From assembly GCA_013375475.1 (NCBI GenBank), contig JABXKD010000049.1, forward strand, positions 1 to 27,906: a DNA stretch of 27,906 nt. The letters are read 5' to 3'. This document shows positions 1 to 8,727 of this stretch, in pieces. The position numbers were made by a program, and so were the translations under genes. The stretch is from Promethearchaeota archaeon. GTDB lineage: Archaea > Asgardarchaeota > Lokiarchaeia > Sigyniarchaeales > SOKP01. The notes under the pieces were generated by a model. The model was given only the letters and a program-made list of their open reading frames with translations. It was not told where the DNA came from and ran no database searches. Position 1 is the first letter of the stretch, and each line of letters begins with the position of its first letter.

Positions 1-526
1 CTCTATCCCAATCAATACTAAATGGTTAGAAAACGGTTTAAACAATTTTAAGAGTGAAAAGGTTGCAGGAGTTTATGGCTATCCACTTACGCACTACGGA
101 GTATCTTTGTTTGAAAATATTATATATTCTATTAGCAGAGACCCCGGAAAAAGAAGATTCATAATAAGTAATGTTAAAAATATGAAAATAGGAAGATTTG
201 GTCCTTATTTTCATATTTTCCTATTTCTATGGTTTCCTATTACCGTCGCTAAAAAAATGAAAATAGGAGCTCTTGGCTTCACAAATGCAATTATCCGTAG
301 AGATTTATGGGAGAAATATAATATAAATGAAAAATTTGCTGGTGGGGGAGAAGATCATGATTGGGCGAGACATTGGGTAGCAAAAGGATTTGTTATAGTT
401 CATGAACCAAATTTTAAAGTTTATCATTCACATCATTATGGATCAATAGGTTGGATAAGACATTTTATTGGTTGGACCAAAATGACAAAAGAAATAGAAT
501 TTAAACCGCAAAAAAGAAATTTTTAA
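1..526 (+). CDS. Family 2 glycosyltransferase, 5'-partial (paralog of 11101..12015)
   Basis: Frame is open from base 2 (SIPINTKWLENGL...), so the track start at 107 is internal. Colinear with the C-terminal 174 codons of 11101..12015. Contains FTNAIIRR and GGEDHDW motifs. Confidence 0.9.
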   Translation, partial: SIPINTKWLENGLNNFKSEKVAGVYGYPLTHYGVSLFENIIYSISRDPGKRRFIISNVKNMKIGRFGPYFHIFLFLWFPITVAKKMKIGALGFTNAIIRRDLWEKYNINEKFAGGGEDHDWARHWVAKGFVIVHEPNFKVYHSHHYGSIGWIRHFIGWTKMTKEIEFKPQKRNF

Positions 527-549
527 AACAACATAAAAACAAATTAAAA
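1..549 (+). repeat. Long direct repeat, copy 1 (GT2 3' part plus ~23 bp downstream)
   Basis: Gap-free match to 11490..12038 (offset 11489); identity continues past the stop (aacaacataaaaacaaattaaaa). Confidence 0.95.
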
Positions 550-557
550 TAAAAATT

Positions 558-1045
558 ATGATTCAAAAAAAATACTAAAATATTTAGAAGAATCAGAAAA
601 AGCATTTGAAGCGGTAGAGCATCGTACGGTTTATACAGCTTATGATGCAGCAGCTACAATGCAAGTAGAATTAAATTCAATTGCTAAAAGTTTATTAGTT
701 AAAACAAACAAACCTCTTCAGCATGGGCTTAAACCCTATGCAGTAGTTATTATTCCGGCAGATAAAAATCTTGATTTAAAAAAACTTGCTAAAGCAATGA
801 GCACTAAAGATTTGAAAATTACAAAGGTTTCAATTCCGAAAGAAAATGTAATGAAAACAGTTTTTAAAGTTAAGCCAGGCTCAATGGCAGCTTTTGCATC
901 ACTTTATAAAATCCCAGTTGTGGTTGATAAAGCTTTAAAAGGCACTGTTGTATTCTCAGCTGGTAGTTTTACAGATAGTATAAAAATGAAAGTAACCGAT
1001 TTTGTTAAATTAGAAGAAACTATTCTTGGTGAATTTTCAGTCGCA
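558..1045 (+). pseudogene. YbaK/EbsC-family aminoacyl-tRNA deacylase-like gene, frameshifted at the 5' end and lacking a normal stop
   Basis: Frame of ORF 659 extends upstream as KKILKYLEESEKAFEAVEHRTVYTAYDAAATM, followed by IAKSLLVK, PGSMAAF and FSAGSFTDSIKM, typical of YbaK. ATG at 558 is out of frame by one base across an A8 tract (565-572). After ...LGEFSV the ORF runs through the next promoter and gene to 1246. Confidence 0.75.
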
Positions 1046-1050
1046 TTGAC

Positions 1051-1068
1051 CACGAATATTTTTAAATA
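1051..1068 (+). promoter_or_regulatory. Putative archaeal BRE/TATA promoter of the 1098..5455 operon
   Basis: cacgaatatt-TTTAAATA ending ~30 bp before ATG 1098. Confidence 0.5.
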
Positions 1069-1097
1069 CAAATTTATAATTAATATTAGTCGAGGAA

Positions 1098-2570
1098 ATG
1101 AATATAAAGAAAATGAAACCCATAAAAAAGTCTATTACAAAAATAGGCTTATTGACGGTAAAGTTATTTGGTTTGATGGAAATCTTTATACTTTTTGGAA
1201 TTCAATTTTTCTGGATTATATACAAGGGAGATCTGGCACCTACTGAGAATATTTGGGATTTATTAGCAGTTTTATTCCCATTTTTAATAGCTTGCATGGT
1301 AGGGATATCCTGCCGAATTGAGAAGTATAGGAGATTGTTTCGCAAGATGGAATGGCTCATTCATTTATTACTTAGTATTAGTTTCTTAATTCTTTTTATT
1401 CTTTTACAGACACGAGATGAGTTTTTTCCTTACATTCCATTTACATGGCTGTATTATTTTTGGATCATTATAATTGGTTTAATGCTCATCTCTGCGATCA
1501 TAATGAACTTGGACAAGCCTTCACTCCTTACAAATCTTAAAGATAAACGTAAATTTAGCGTGTTTATGGGAATTCTTGCCGTCTCATGGTTAGCAACTCT
1601 CGGAATGATTGTACTTTCACGACATCCGGTATATTTTTGGATAGTTTCTTCAATTTTTCACTCAATCATGATTCCATTATCTATCAGCAATCATGAAAAA
1701 CATCCGGAAACACGCGATTCCCATGTTGTTTACCGGAATTTCAAGCAAATAATATTGAGAAAAACAGGTGAGATTCAAATAGAAAAGAAGGAATCCGTTC
1801 CAAAATTGCGTTCACGTCATTTAAACTTGTTTTTCTTGAACATGTTGATCGTTTTTTCAATAATAATGCAATGGGACCCTAATTATATGGCCACCACCGG
1901 CGCCATACAATATAATTATCACTTAATAGTTGAGCTATTTTTATCTCCTTTATTTTATTTAGGATTCGGAATTGCATTATTAAATACAAGGTTTAAATTT
2001 CCTGTTATAGGAGACGGCATGGTATTGCCCTTCATGGCGCTGTCAATCATGGATATTTATTCATTCGCCCCGCTTACTCTCGGCTATGCTATAATGAGGC
2101 TTTTTTTGCATGGGAGCAATCAAACATCCAATAGTTATTTTTCGACAATTATGGGTGTTACCCTTACTTGGACTCTCGGATTGTACCTATTCGCTTATTA
2201 TGATTTTTTAGATTTTGTCATCTTTTTGGTTTTTGGAGGAAAAAGTTGGTCGGGAGAGTTTTCAATTAAATTATTTATAGTTTTGATTCTAACTTTTACT
2301 TTTTGTATTAATCTGGGATTTTTTTCTCTTGAAAAACATGTATCAAGACGTAAGAAGGAGAAAAAGTCCATGGATGATGAGGGTAGCGAAAAAGCGGTTG
2401 AAGGATTCAAGCAAATGAAGGGATTTTTTGACCTCCTGAATGATCACGTCATGGATTTGAATAAAGAGGGTAGAAAATTAATTGAACTCGAAGATTTTTT
2501 TGAATTATTGGACAAGTCCGGGTTAGACGCGAAAAAAATTAAAACTATAGAGGAAGTGTTAAATGAGTAG
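1098..2570 (+). CDS. Polytopic membrane protein of unknown function with a charged C-terminal cytoplasmic domain
   Basis: About a dozen hydrophobic segments in two blocks separated by a charged loop; overlaps the next gene by 8 bp. Confidence 0.85.
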   Translation: MNIKKMKPIKKSITKIGLLTVKLFGLMEIFILFGIQFFWIIYKGDLAPTENIWDLLAVLFPFLIACMVGISCRIEKYRRLFRKMEWLIHLLLSISFLILFILLQTRDEFFPYIPFTWLYYFWIIIIGLMLISAIIMNLDKPSLLTNLKDKRKFSVFMGILAVSWLATLGMIVLSRHPVYFWIVSSIFHSIMIPLSISNHEKHPETRDSHVVYRNFKQIILRKTGEIQIEKKESVPKLRSRHLNLFFLNMLIVFSIIMQWDPNYMATTGAIQYNYHLIVELFLSPLFYLGFGIALLNTRFKFPVIGDGMVLPFMALSIMDIYSFAPLTLGYAIMRLFLHGSNQTSNSYFSTIMGVTLTWTLGLYLFAYYDFLDFVIFLVFGGKSWSGEFSIKLFIVLILTFTFCINLGFFSLEKHVSRRKKEKKSMDDEGSEKAVEGFKQMKGFFDLLNDHVMDLNKEGRKLIELEDFFELLDKSGLDAKKIKTIEEVLNE

Positions 2571-2589
2571 TTTTGAAGAATTAAAAAAA
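2281..2589 (+). repeat. ~310 bp direct repeat, copy 1 (last TM + cytoplasmic tail + start of next gene)
   Basis: Matches 3638..3946 at offset 1357; both encode GFFDLLNDHVMD...FFELLDKSGLDAKKIK and the next gene's M(S/G)SFEEL. Confidence 0.9.
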
Positions 2590-3927
2590 GGCAAATATCT
2601 CATATTGGTATTAGGACTACTTTTCGCCATTTCATGCATTAGCATCTATTTCTTCGGTAATGTTCTATTAGGTAATAATAGCAGCATTGAAATTCCGGGC
2701 GAAAAAATATCGCGTCCTCCTAAAGCTTCAGGATCGTGGTTTTTGGATAACATTACCATTGATCCTACCGGGGCAACATCGGGATCCCTGACCTGGGCTG
2801 AAGCAGTAGCCTTACCTGCCGGATGGTGTTCAGGAGCAGGAACTTGGGACGATCCCTACGTTATTGAAAATATCACTATTAACGCGAGCACGTCACCTAC
2901 GGGAAACGGTATATTTATAAATAATTCCAAGAACGATTATTTTGTAATCAATAACGTCACGGTTTACAACGCAGCTTCGGGCGGAATCACGTTGGAAAAT
3001 ACCAATAACGGAAGCCTAACAAATAATGATTGTTCAAATAACCATGAGGGCATTTTTTTGAATGAATGTGTTAATAACACGATTTCGGGAAACCACTTAT
3101 CGGGGAGCACGGATTGCGGGATATTACTATTTAATTGCGAAAACAATACGCTATTAAGAAATGTTGCAATAAATAATGATAAGGATGGAATGGGGTTAGC
3201 TTATAGTAATAATAATACATTATTCGGAAATATTGCAAGTAATAATCCGGATCTCGGAATATGGTTATGGTATTGCAATTACACTAATTTATCCGGAAAT
3301 TTAGCAAGTAATAATCTATATGTCGGTTTTTGGATTTATCATTCCGATCAAAATACTTTTTTTAATAATACAGTAAATTATAATGGTTATCATGGAATGG
3401 AGTTCATAGGTTCGGAGAATAACAGCATAATCAAGAACACCTTTCAAAACAACGAGGCATATGGAATTGTATTAAATACCGATTCAAACTTTAATCGCAT
3501 TTTTAAAAATACTCTTATAAATAATGTTCAAGGATGCATCATGGATTCCAGCACGGGAAATATATATTACAATAATAAATGTAGTGATGATCCTGGTCTT
3601 GATTTAGCAGGAATCATGCTTTTATTTATTAGCATGTTTTTGATTCTTACTATCATTTTTTACGTTTATTTGGGATTTTCTTCTCTTGAAAAATATTTAT
3701 CAAGACGAAAGAAGGACAAAAAATCCATGGATAAAAAGGATACTGGAAAAGCAGTTGAAGGATTAAAGCAATTGATGGGATTTTTTGACCTCCTGAATGA
3801 TCACGTAATGGACTCATATAAAGAGGGTAGAAAATCAATTGAACGCGAATATTTTTTTGAATTATTGGACAAGTCCGGGTTGGACGCGAAAAAAATTAAA
3901 TTATTAGAGGGAGAGTTAAATGGGTAG
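2563..3927 (+). CDS. Membrane-anchored right-handed parallel beta-helix (NosD/CASH-type) protein
   Basis: N-terminal TM, WCSGAGTWDDPYVIENITI cap, ~10 Asn-rich GIxLxxxxNNTxxxN repeats, C-terminal TM and tail. Confidence 0.88.
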   Translation: MSSFEELKKGKYLILVLGLLFAISCISIYFFGNVLLGNNSSIEIPGEKISRPPKASGSWFLDNITIDPTGATSGSLTWAEAVALPAGWCSGAGTWDDPYVIENITINASTSPTGNGIFINNSKNDYFVINNVTVYNAASGGITLENTNNGSLTNNDCSNNHEGIFLNECVNNTISGNHLSGSTDCGILLFNCENNTLLRNVAINNDKDGMGLAYSNNNTLFGNIASNNPDLGIWLWYCNYTNLSGNLASNNLYVGFWIYHSDQNTFFNNTVNYNGYHGMEFIGSENNSIIKNTFQNNEAYGIVLNTDSNFNRIFKNTLINNVQGCIMDSSTGNIYYNNKCSDDPGLDLAGIMLLFISMFLILTIIFYVYLGFSSLEKYLSRRKKDKKSMDKKDTGKAVEGLKQLMGFFDLLNDHVMDSYKEGRKSIEREYFFELLDKSGLDAKKIKLLEGELNG

Positions 3928-3946
3928 TTTTGAAGAATTAATAAAG
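3638..3946 (+). repeat. ~310 bp direct repeat, copy 2
   Basis: See 2281..2589; stop and start positions map exactly (2570/3927, 2563/3920). Confidence 0.9.
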
Positions 3947-5455
3947 TTGAGGGACGCAACGAAGAAATCCATGGCTACAGAAAGTTTACCAAGGAAAGAA
4001 CTGCAAGTAAAAAAAAGCGGGGTTGCAATCCTTGCAATTATTTTAGTAGGTTTAATTTCACCATTTATAATCTTGAACCTCACGGTAAAAGGACCGCCAT
4101 TAGTTTTTCCTGAAAAAGAAAGACATGTGCTCGAAGATTTCTGCGGAGCAGGGGTCGTAAACATTGTTGAAGATGAACGGGAATTCAATAATTTGACGAA
4201 GCTCGGCGTACATTGGGTGCGCACCAGTTTTCCTTGGATAAGTATTGAATGGAATAATGATCAATATGATTATTCTGTTTATGACGATTACGTGGCAAAT
4301 TGCACTAAATACAACATGAAAATAATCGCTCTATTGCTTTGTTCTCCGACATGGTTAAATTTAAGCGGGTGGAATTACCTTCCGCCGAAATATATCGATC
4401 ATTGGCTAGAGTTTGTAAATAAAACCGTCAGACGATATAAGGATACGGTCGCAGCTTGGGATATTTGGAATGAACCCGAGACCAAACGATACTGGGACGG
4501 ACCAATTGAAGATTACTACTATCTTTTCGGCCGAACTGTCAATTTAATTCATGATATTGACCCCAACCTTTATGTTATGGGGCCGTCACTTGCATCTGCC
4601 GGCTCGGGCTGGTTCCCCCCTAATTTAGAAGACATGTTTAAGCTAGGAATCCTGCAACACTTAGACGCAATTGACATGCATATTTATAACTACGATCCTG
4701 ACATGACGTATCAAGCAATTAAGCAGTATGTTACTCTAGGGAACAAGTATGGATTCAAGGGAGATTATGTAATTTCTGAAATGGGAAACCCTACCCAAGG
4801 AGCATATCCATTCGTGGTATCCATGGAAAAATTGGCCGAGAACGTGATAAAAAACCTGGTTATTGCTTCAGCGCTTCAAATTAAAACCTGTGTTTGGTTC
4901 TGTTCAAGAGATTTGAAAGCGTATGAAACCGAGTACTATCTACCTGACTCCGAATTGTGGTTTGGTTTATCTTATAATAATCTTACCTGGAAAAAAGGAG
5001 CTCACGCCTTCAGTTTATTCAGCAAGTTTTGCTCAAATAGCACGTATTGTCCGGATCTCATTATTAAAGAAGGAGGAATTTCAGCAACTGATCTCATGGC
5101 ATCCTTATATCGACAAGAGGATGGTACTTCAACCTTGATAATGTGGTACGCTCCAACGCTTTATGAAAGTGGAACAGTAAAGGTTAATCTTGACCTTTCC
5201 GCAATAGGGGGAAGCATTTTAATACATGATATTTACACGGGCACTAATAGGACTTTAGACGAAAATTTCGTGGTAGTTGGTGATGCACCGATATTTTTAA
5301 CCTTTCAACCAAAACAAATTAATGACTCCATCACATTACAAGTTCAAGAATCGATATTAGCAGTTGTACTATATATAAGCATGATCGGAATGTTCATCGC
5401 CTCAATTAGTCTCGTAGTGGTAATCCGTAAACCTAACAAAGCTTCAAAGATATAA
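3920..5455 (+). CDS. Membrane-anchored clan GH-A glycoside hydrolase (GH39/GH5-like)
   Basis: LGVHWVR..FPW..IE, WDIWNEP (acid/base), IDMHIY and VISEMG (nucleophile) motifs; N- and C-terminal TM helices. Confidence 0.88.
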   Translation: MGSFEELIKLRDATKKSMATESLPRKELQVKKSGVAILAIILVGLISPFIILNLTVKGPPLVFPEKERHVLEDFCGAGVVNIVEDEREFNNLTKLGVHWVRTSFPWISIEWNNDQYDYSVYDDYVANCTKYNMKIIALLLCSPTWLNLSGWNYLPPKYIDHWLEFVNKTVRRYKDTVAAWDIWNEPETKRYWDGPIEDYYYLFGRTVNLIHDIDPNLYVMGPSLASAGSGWFPPNLEDMFKLGILQHLDAIDMHIYNYDPDMTYQAIKQYVTLGNKYGFKGDYVISEMGNPTQGAYPFVVSMEKLAENVIKNLVIASALQIKTCVWFCSRDLKAYETEYYLPDSELWFGLSYNNLTWKKGAHAFSLFSKFCSNSTYCPDLIIKEGGISATDLMASLYRQEDGTSTLIMWYAPTLYESGTVKVNLDLSAIGGSILIHDIYTGTNRTLDENFVVVGDAPIFLTFQPKQINDSITLQVQESILAVVLYISMIGMFIASISLVVVIRKPNKASKI

Positions 5456-5473
5456 TCTCAATTTACTAGTAGT
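5431..5473 (+). repeat. Short direct repeat, left copy (att/target-duplication-like), covering the GH gene stop
   Basis: acctaacaaagcttcaaagatataatctcaattt (34 bp) is identical at 10710..10743 and extends to 43 bp with 2 mismatches. Confidence 0.9.
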
Positions 5474-5506
5474 TTAAGAAGATAATTACGAGTAAATTTA
5501 TTTCTC

Positions 5507-6496
5507 TTAAATGTTTCGATTAAATAATTTTTTAGTGTTATCTGGTAGATAGTTATACAATAAATTCTTCATTTTTTCATAAATTATACTTATACCACTT
5601 TGAATCCATTCTGCATCATAAGGATCCACTTCACTAATTGCTTTTCTAAATAGAGGAATATCATACATATTCATAGGGCAATTGCAAAACTTAAACGGAC
5701 ACCTTGTTAATTTATCATTAAATTTAATTCCTTCATATATGTTTCCAAGAGACTTATTAATTTGATAACAATAATGGATATCTCCATTTGGATAAATTGC
5801 ACCAACATTAAACCCTGCATTACATAATTTTCCATATTGGTGAAATATGTTAATATCCTTTTTTGTTAGACCAAAAATCTTAAGTTCTTTTTCACTATAG
5901 GAATCAGGGTAAAATTTTCCTTTGTACTTTCCCATATAAGGACAAAATGTTAAATCAATTCCCTGTTCTAAAAATTTTTTTTTATATTTTTCGACATCTT
6001 TCAAAAGTGGGGGATATCCAACCTCAACAGCAAAAATAGGAAATCCTCTGTTTTTTAATAAAAAAAAATTATGAATGTATCTACTTAATAAATTCTTTCT
6101 TTCTAATTCTTTAATGTGACATGAAGCTGTAATAAATAAGACCCTTTCAGGATCAATTTTTTCAGCAAATTCTTCTACTTTTTTAGGTGTCAAGTTAGAA
6201 TTAAAAGCAATGAAGTGTTTTCTTGTTAATTCAATACAGGCTTCAACTATATTTGGAGTTAAAAAAGGTTCTCCACCCGTAAAACTAATTCTATAAATCT
6301 TATTTGAATCGTTAAGAGTCTTATTTAAAGCAGAAATATTAATGGGATCAATTTTTGTATTTAATTCTGATGGCTCATCACAAATCACCAGGTTGCGCGC
6401 AAATCCCGCAATACAATAATCACACTCTAAATTACAATCATATGAAGTAACCAAGTTCAAACAAGCGTCATATTGTGGATTTCGCAAATTAGACAT
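5507..6496 (-). CDS. Radical SAM protein with SPASM/twitch-like C-terminal domain (paralog D)
   Basis: CNLECDYC, FTGGEP, LCNAG...YPNGDIHYC...LGNIY...CPxxxCNCP. Start moved to the ATG homologous to that of 8728..9759. Confidence 0.9.
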   Translation of the reverse strand: MSNLRNPQYDACLNLVTSYDCNLECDYCIAGFARNLVICDEPSELNTKIDPINISALNKTLNDSNKIYRISFTGGEPFLTPNIVEACIELTRKHFIAFNSNLTPKKVEEFAEKIDPERVLFITASCHIKELERKNLLSRYIHNFFLLKNRGFPIFAVEVGYPPLLKDVEKYKKKFLEQGIDLTFCPYMGKYKGKFYPDSYSEKELKIFGLTKKDINIFHQYGKLCNAGFNVGAIYPNGDIHYCYQINKSLGNIYEGIKFNDKLTRCPFKFCNCPMNMYDIPLFRKAISEVDPYDAEWIQSGISIIYEKMKNLLYNYLPDNTKKLFNRNI

Positions 6497-6522
6497 TATA
6501 AAAAATACCAAATTACGTATGG

Positions 6523-6540
6523 TAATAAATTATATCAAAT
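6523..6540 (-). promoter_or_regulatory. Putative TATA box for a leaderless transcript, repeated at 7608-7614 and 8696-8702
   Basis: Minus-strand TTTATTA lies 26 nt before the ATG of paralogs D, C and B; no Shine-Dalgarno. Confidence 0.45.
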
Positions 6541-6555
6541 CTATCCATAATACTA

Positions 6556-7581
6556 TTAAATCCAATATTTAAAAAGATATTTACGTAAAAATTTATTGCT
6601 CATAACTTTTTCGATGATTAATTTTCTAGTGTTATCTGTTAGATAGTTTTGCTTCCCATCAAAAATAAAATTTTTCACAAATTGGCTAATTCTATATTTA
6701 GAAGGTTGAATCCATTCTGCATCATAAGAGCCAACTTCACTCATTGCTTTTCTAAAGAGGTAAGGATCATAAATATTCATAGGGCAATTGCATAACTTAA
6801 ATGGACACCTTACTAATTTATCCTTAAATTTAATTCCTTCATAGACGTTTCCAAAAGATTCATTAATTAATACACAATAACGGGTATCTCCATTTGGATG
6901 AATTATACCAACATTATACCCTGCATTACATAATTTTCCATATTGGTGAAACCAGTCAATAATATCCTTTTTTGTTAGGCCCAAAATCTTAAGTTCTTTT
7001 TCACTATAGGAATCAGGGTAAGATTTTCCTTTATAGCTTCCAAAATAAGGGCTATATGTTAAATCAATTCCCTGTTCTAAAAAAATTTTTATATATTTAT
7101 CACTCTCTTCCAAAAGTGGAGGATATCCTACTTCAATAGCCCTAATATTAAATCCTCTGTTTTTACATAATAAAAAATTATCAATGTACCTACTTAATAA
7201 ATTCCTTCTTTCTAATTCTTTAATGTGACATGCAGCATCAATACATAAAACCCTTTCAGGATCGATTTTTTCAGCAAATTCTTTCACACTTTTGGGTGTC
7301 AAGTTAGTATTAAAACTAATAAAGTGTTTTTTTGTTAATTCAATACAAGCTTCAACTATATTTGGAGCTAAAAAAGGTTCTCCCCCCGTAAGAGTAATCT
7401 TGTAAATCTTATTTGAATCGTTAAGAATTTTATTTAAAGCAAAAAGATTAAGAAAAGTTTTTGTCAATATTTTTGATACGTATCTTATTCCAGCAATACA
7501 GTAATTGCACTCTAAATTACAATGATATGAAGTAGCCAAGTGCAACCAAGCATCATATTGAGGATTTCGCAAATTAGACAT
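6556..7581 (-). CDS. Radical SAM protein with SPASM/twitch-like domain (paralog C)
   Basis: CNLECNYC, LTGGEP, same auxiliary Cys pattern. Confidence 0.9.
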   Translation of the reverse strand: MSNLRNPQYDAWLHLATSYHCNLECNYCIAGIRYVSKILTKTFLNLFALNKILNDSNKIYKITLTGGEPFLAPNIVEACIELTKKHFISFNTNLTPKSVKEFAEKIDPERVLCIDAACHIKELERRNLLSRYIDNFLLCKNRGFNIRAIEVGYPPLLEESDKYIKIFLEQGIDLTYSPYFGSYKGKSYPDSYSEKELKILGLTKKDIIDWFHQYGKLCNAGYNVGIIHPNGDTRYCVLINESFGNVYEGIKFKDKLVRCPFKLCNCPMNIYDPYLFRKAMSEVGSYDAEWIQPSKYRISQFVKNFIFDGKQNYLTDNTRKLIIEKVMSNKFLRKYLFKYWI

Positions 7582-7640
7582 TATAAAAAATACCAAATTA
7601 CGTATGGTAATAAATTATATCAAATCTATCCATAATACTA

Positions 7641-8669
7641 TTAAATCCAATGTTTAAAAAGATATTTACGTAAAAATTTATTGCTCATAACTTTTTCGAT
7701 GATTAATTTTCTAGTGTTATCTATTAGATAGTTTTGTTTCCTTTCAAAAAATAAATTTTTCATATATTCTTTAATTCTATTTTTAAAAGGTTGAATCCAT
7801 TCTGCATCATAAGGGCCAACTTCACTTATTGCTTTTCTAAAAAGGTAAGGATCATAAATATTCACAGGGCAATTGCATAACTTAACTGGACACCTTATTA
7901 ATTTATCATTAAATTTAATTCCTTCATAGATGTTTCCAAGAGATTTATTAATGAAAAAACAATAACGGATATCTCCATCTGGATAAATTATACAAACATT
8001 ATACCCTGCATTACATAATTTTCCATATTGGTGAAACCAGTCAATAATATCCTTTTCTGTTAGGCCCAAAATCTTAAGTTCTTTTTCACTATAGGAATCA
8101 GGGTAAAATTTTCCTTTATAGCTTCCCAAATAAGGGCTAAATGTTAAATCAATTCCCTTTTCTAAAAAAATTTTTATATATTTATCGCTCTCTTTCAAAA
8201 GTGGAGGATATCCAACTTCAATAGCCCTAATATTAAATCCTCTGTTTTTACATAATAAAAAATTATGAATGTATCTACTTAATAAATTCCTTCTTTCTAA
8301 TTCTTTAATGTGACAGGAAGCATCAATAGATAAAACCCTTTCAGGATTAATTTTTTCAGCAAATTCTTCTACTTTTTTAGGTGTCAAGTTAGAATTAAAA
8401 GCAATGAAGTGTTTTTTTGTTAATTCAATACAAGCTTCAACTATATTTGGAGTTAAAAAAGGTTCTCCACCAGTAAAATTAATCCTGTAAATCTTATTTG
8501 AATTGTTAAGAGTCTTTTTTAAAGCAGAAATATTAATGGGATCAGCTTTTGTAAATATATCTGATACGTATCTTATTCCAGCAATACAGTAATTACACTC
8601 TAAATTACATTGATATGAAGTAGCCAAGTGCAAACAAGCATCATATTGAGGATTTCGCAAATTAGACAT
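7641..8669 (-). CDS. Radical SAM protein with SPASM/twitch-like domain (paralog B)
   Basis: CNLECNYC, FTGGEP, same auxiliary Cys pattern. Confidence 0.9.
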   Translation of the reverse strand: MSNLRNPQYDACLHLATSYQCNLECNYCIAGIRYVSDIFTKADPINISALKKTLNNSNKIYRINFTGGEPFLTPNIVEACIELTKKHFIAFNSNLTPKKVEEFAEKINPERVLSIDASCHIKELERRNLLSRYIHNFLLCKNRGFNIRAIEVGYPPLLKESDKYIKIFLEKGIDLTFSPYLGSYKGKFYPDSYSEKELKILGLTEKDIIDWFHQYGKLCNAGYNVCIIYPDGDIRYCFFINKSLGNIYEGIKFNDKLIRCPVKLCNCPVNIYDPYLFRKAISEVGPYDAEWIQPFKNRIKEYMKNLFFERKQNYLIDNTRKLIIEKVMSNKFLRKYLFKHWI

Positions 8670-8727
8670 TATAAAAAATACCAAATTACGTATGGTAATA
8701 AATTATTTTAAATCATCCATAATAATA

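Noticed and set aside
659-1246. 195 aa ORF as an intact gene
   Set aside because: It starts inside the YbaK domain, and its last ~65 codons are read-through over the promoter and another frame of the 1098 gene.
6497-8684. MVFFI N-terminal extensions (TTG starts 6511, 7596, 8684)
   Set aside because: Paralog A starts at the homologous downstream ATG, and TATA spacing fits that ATG.
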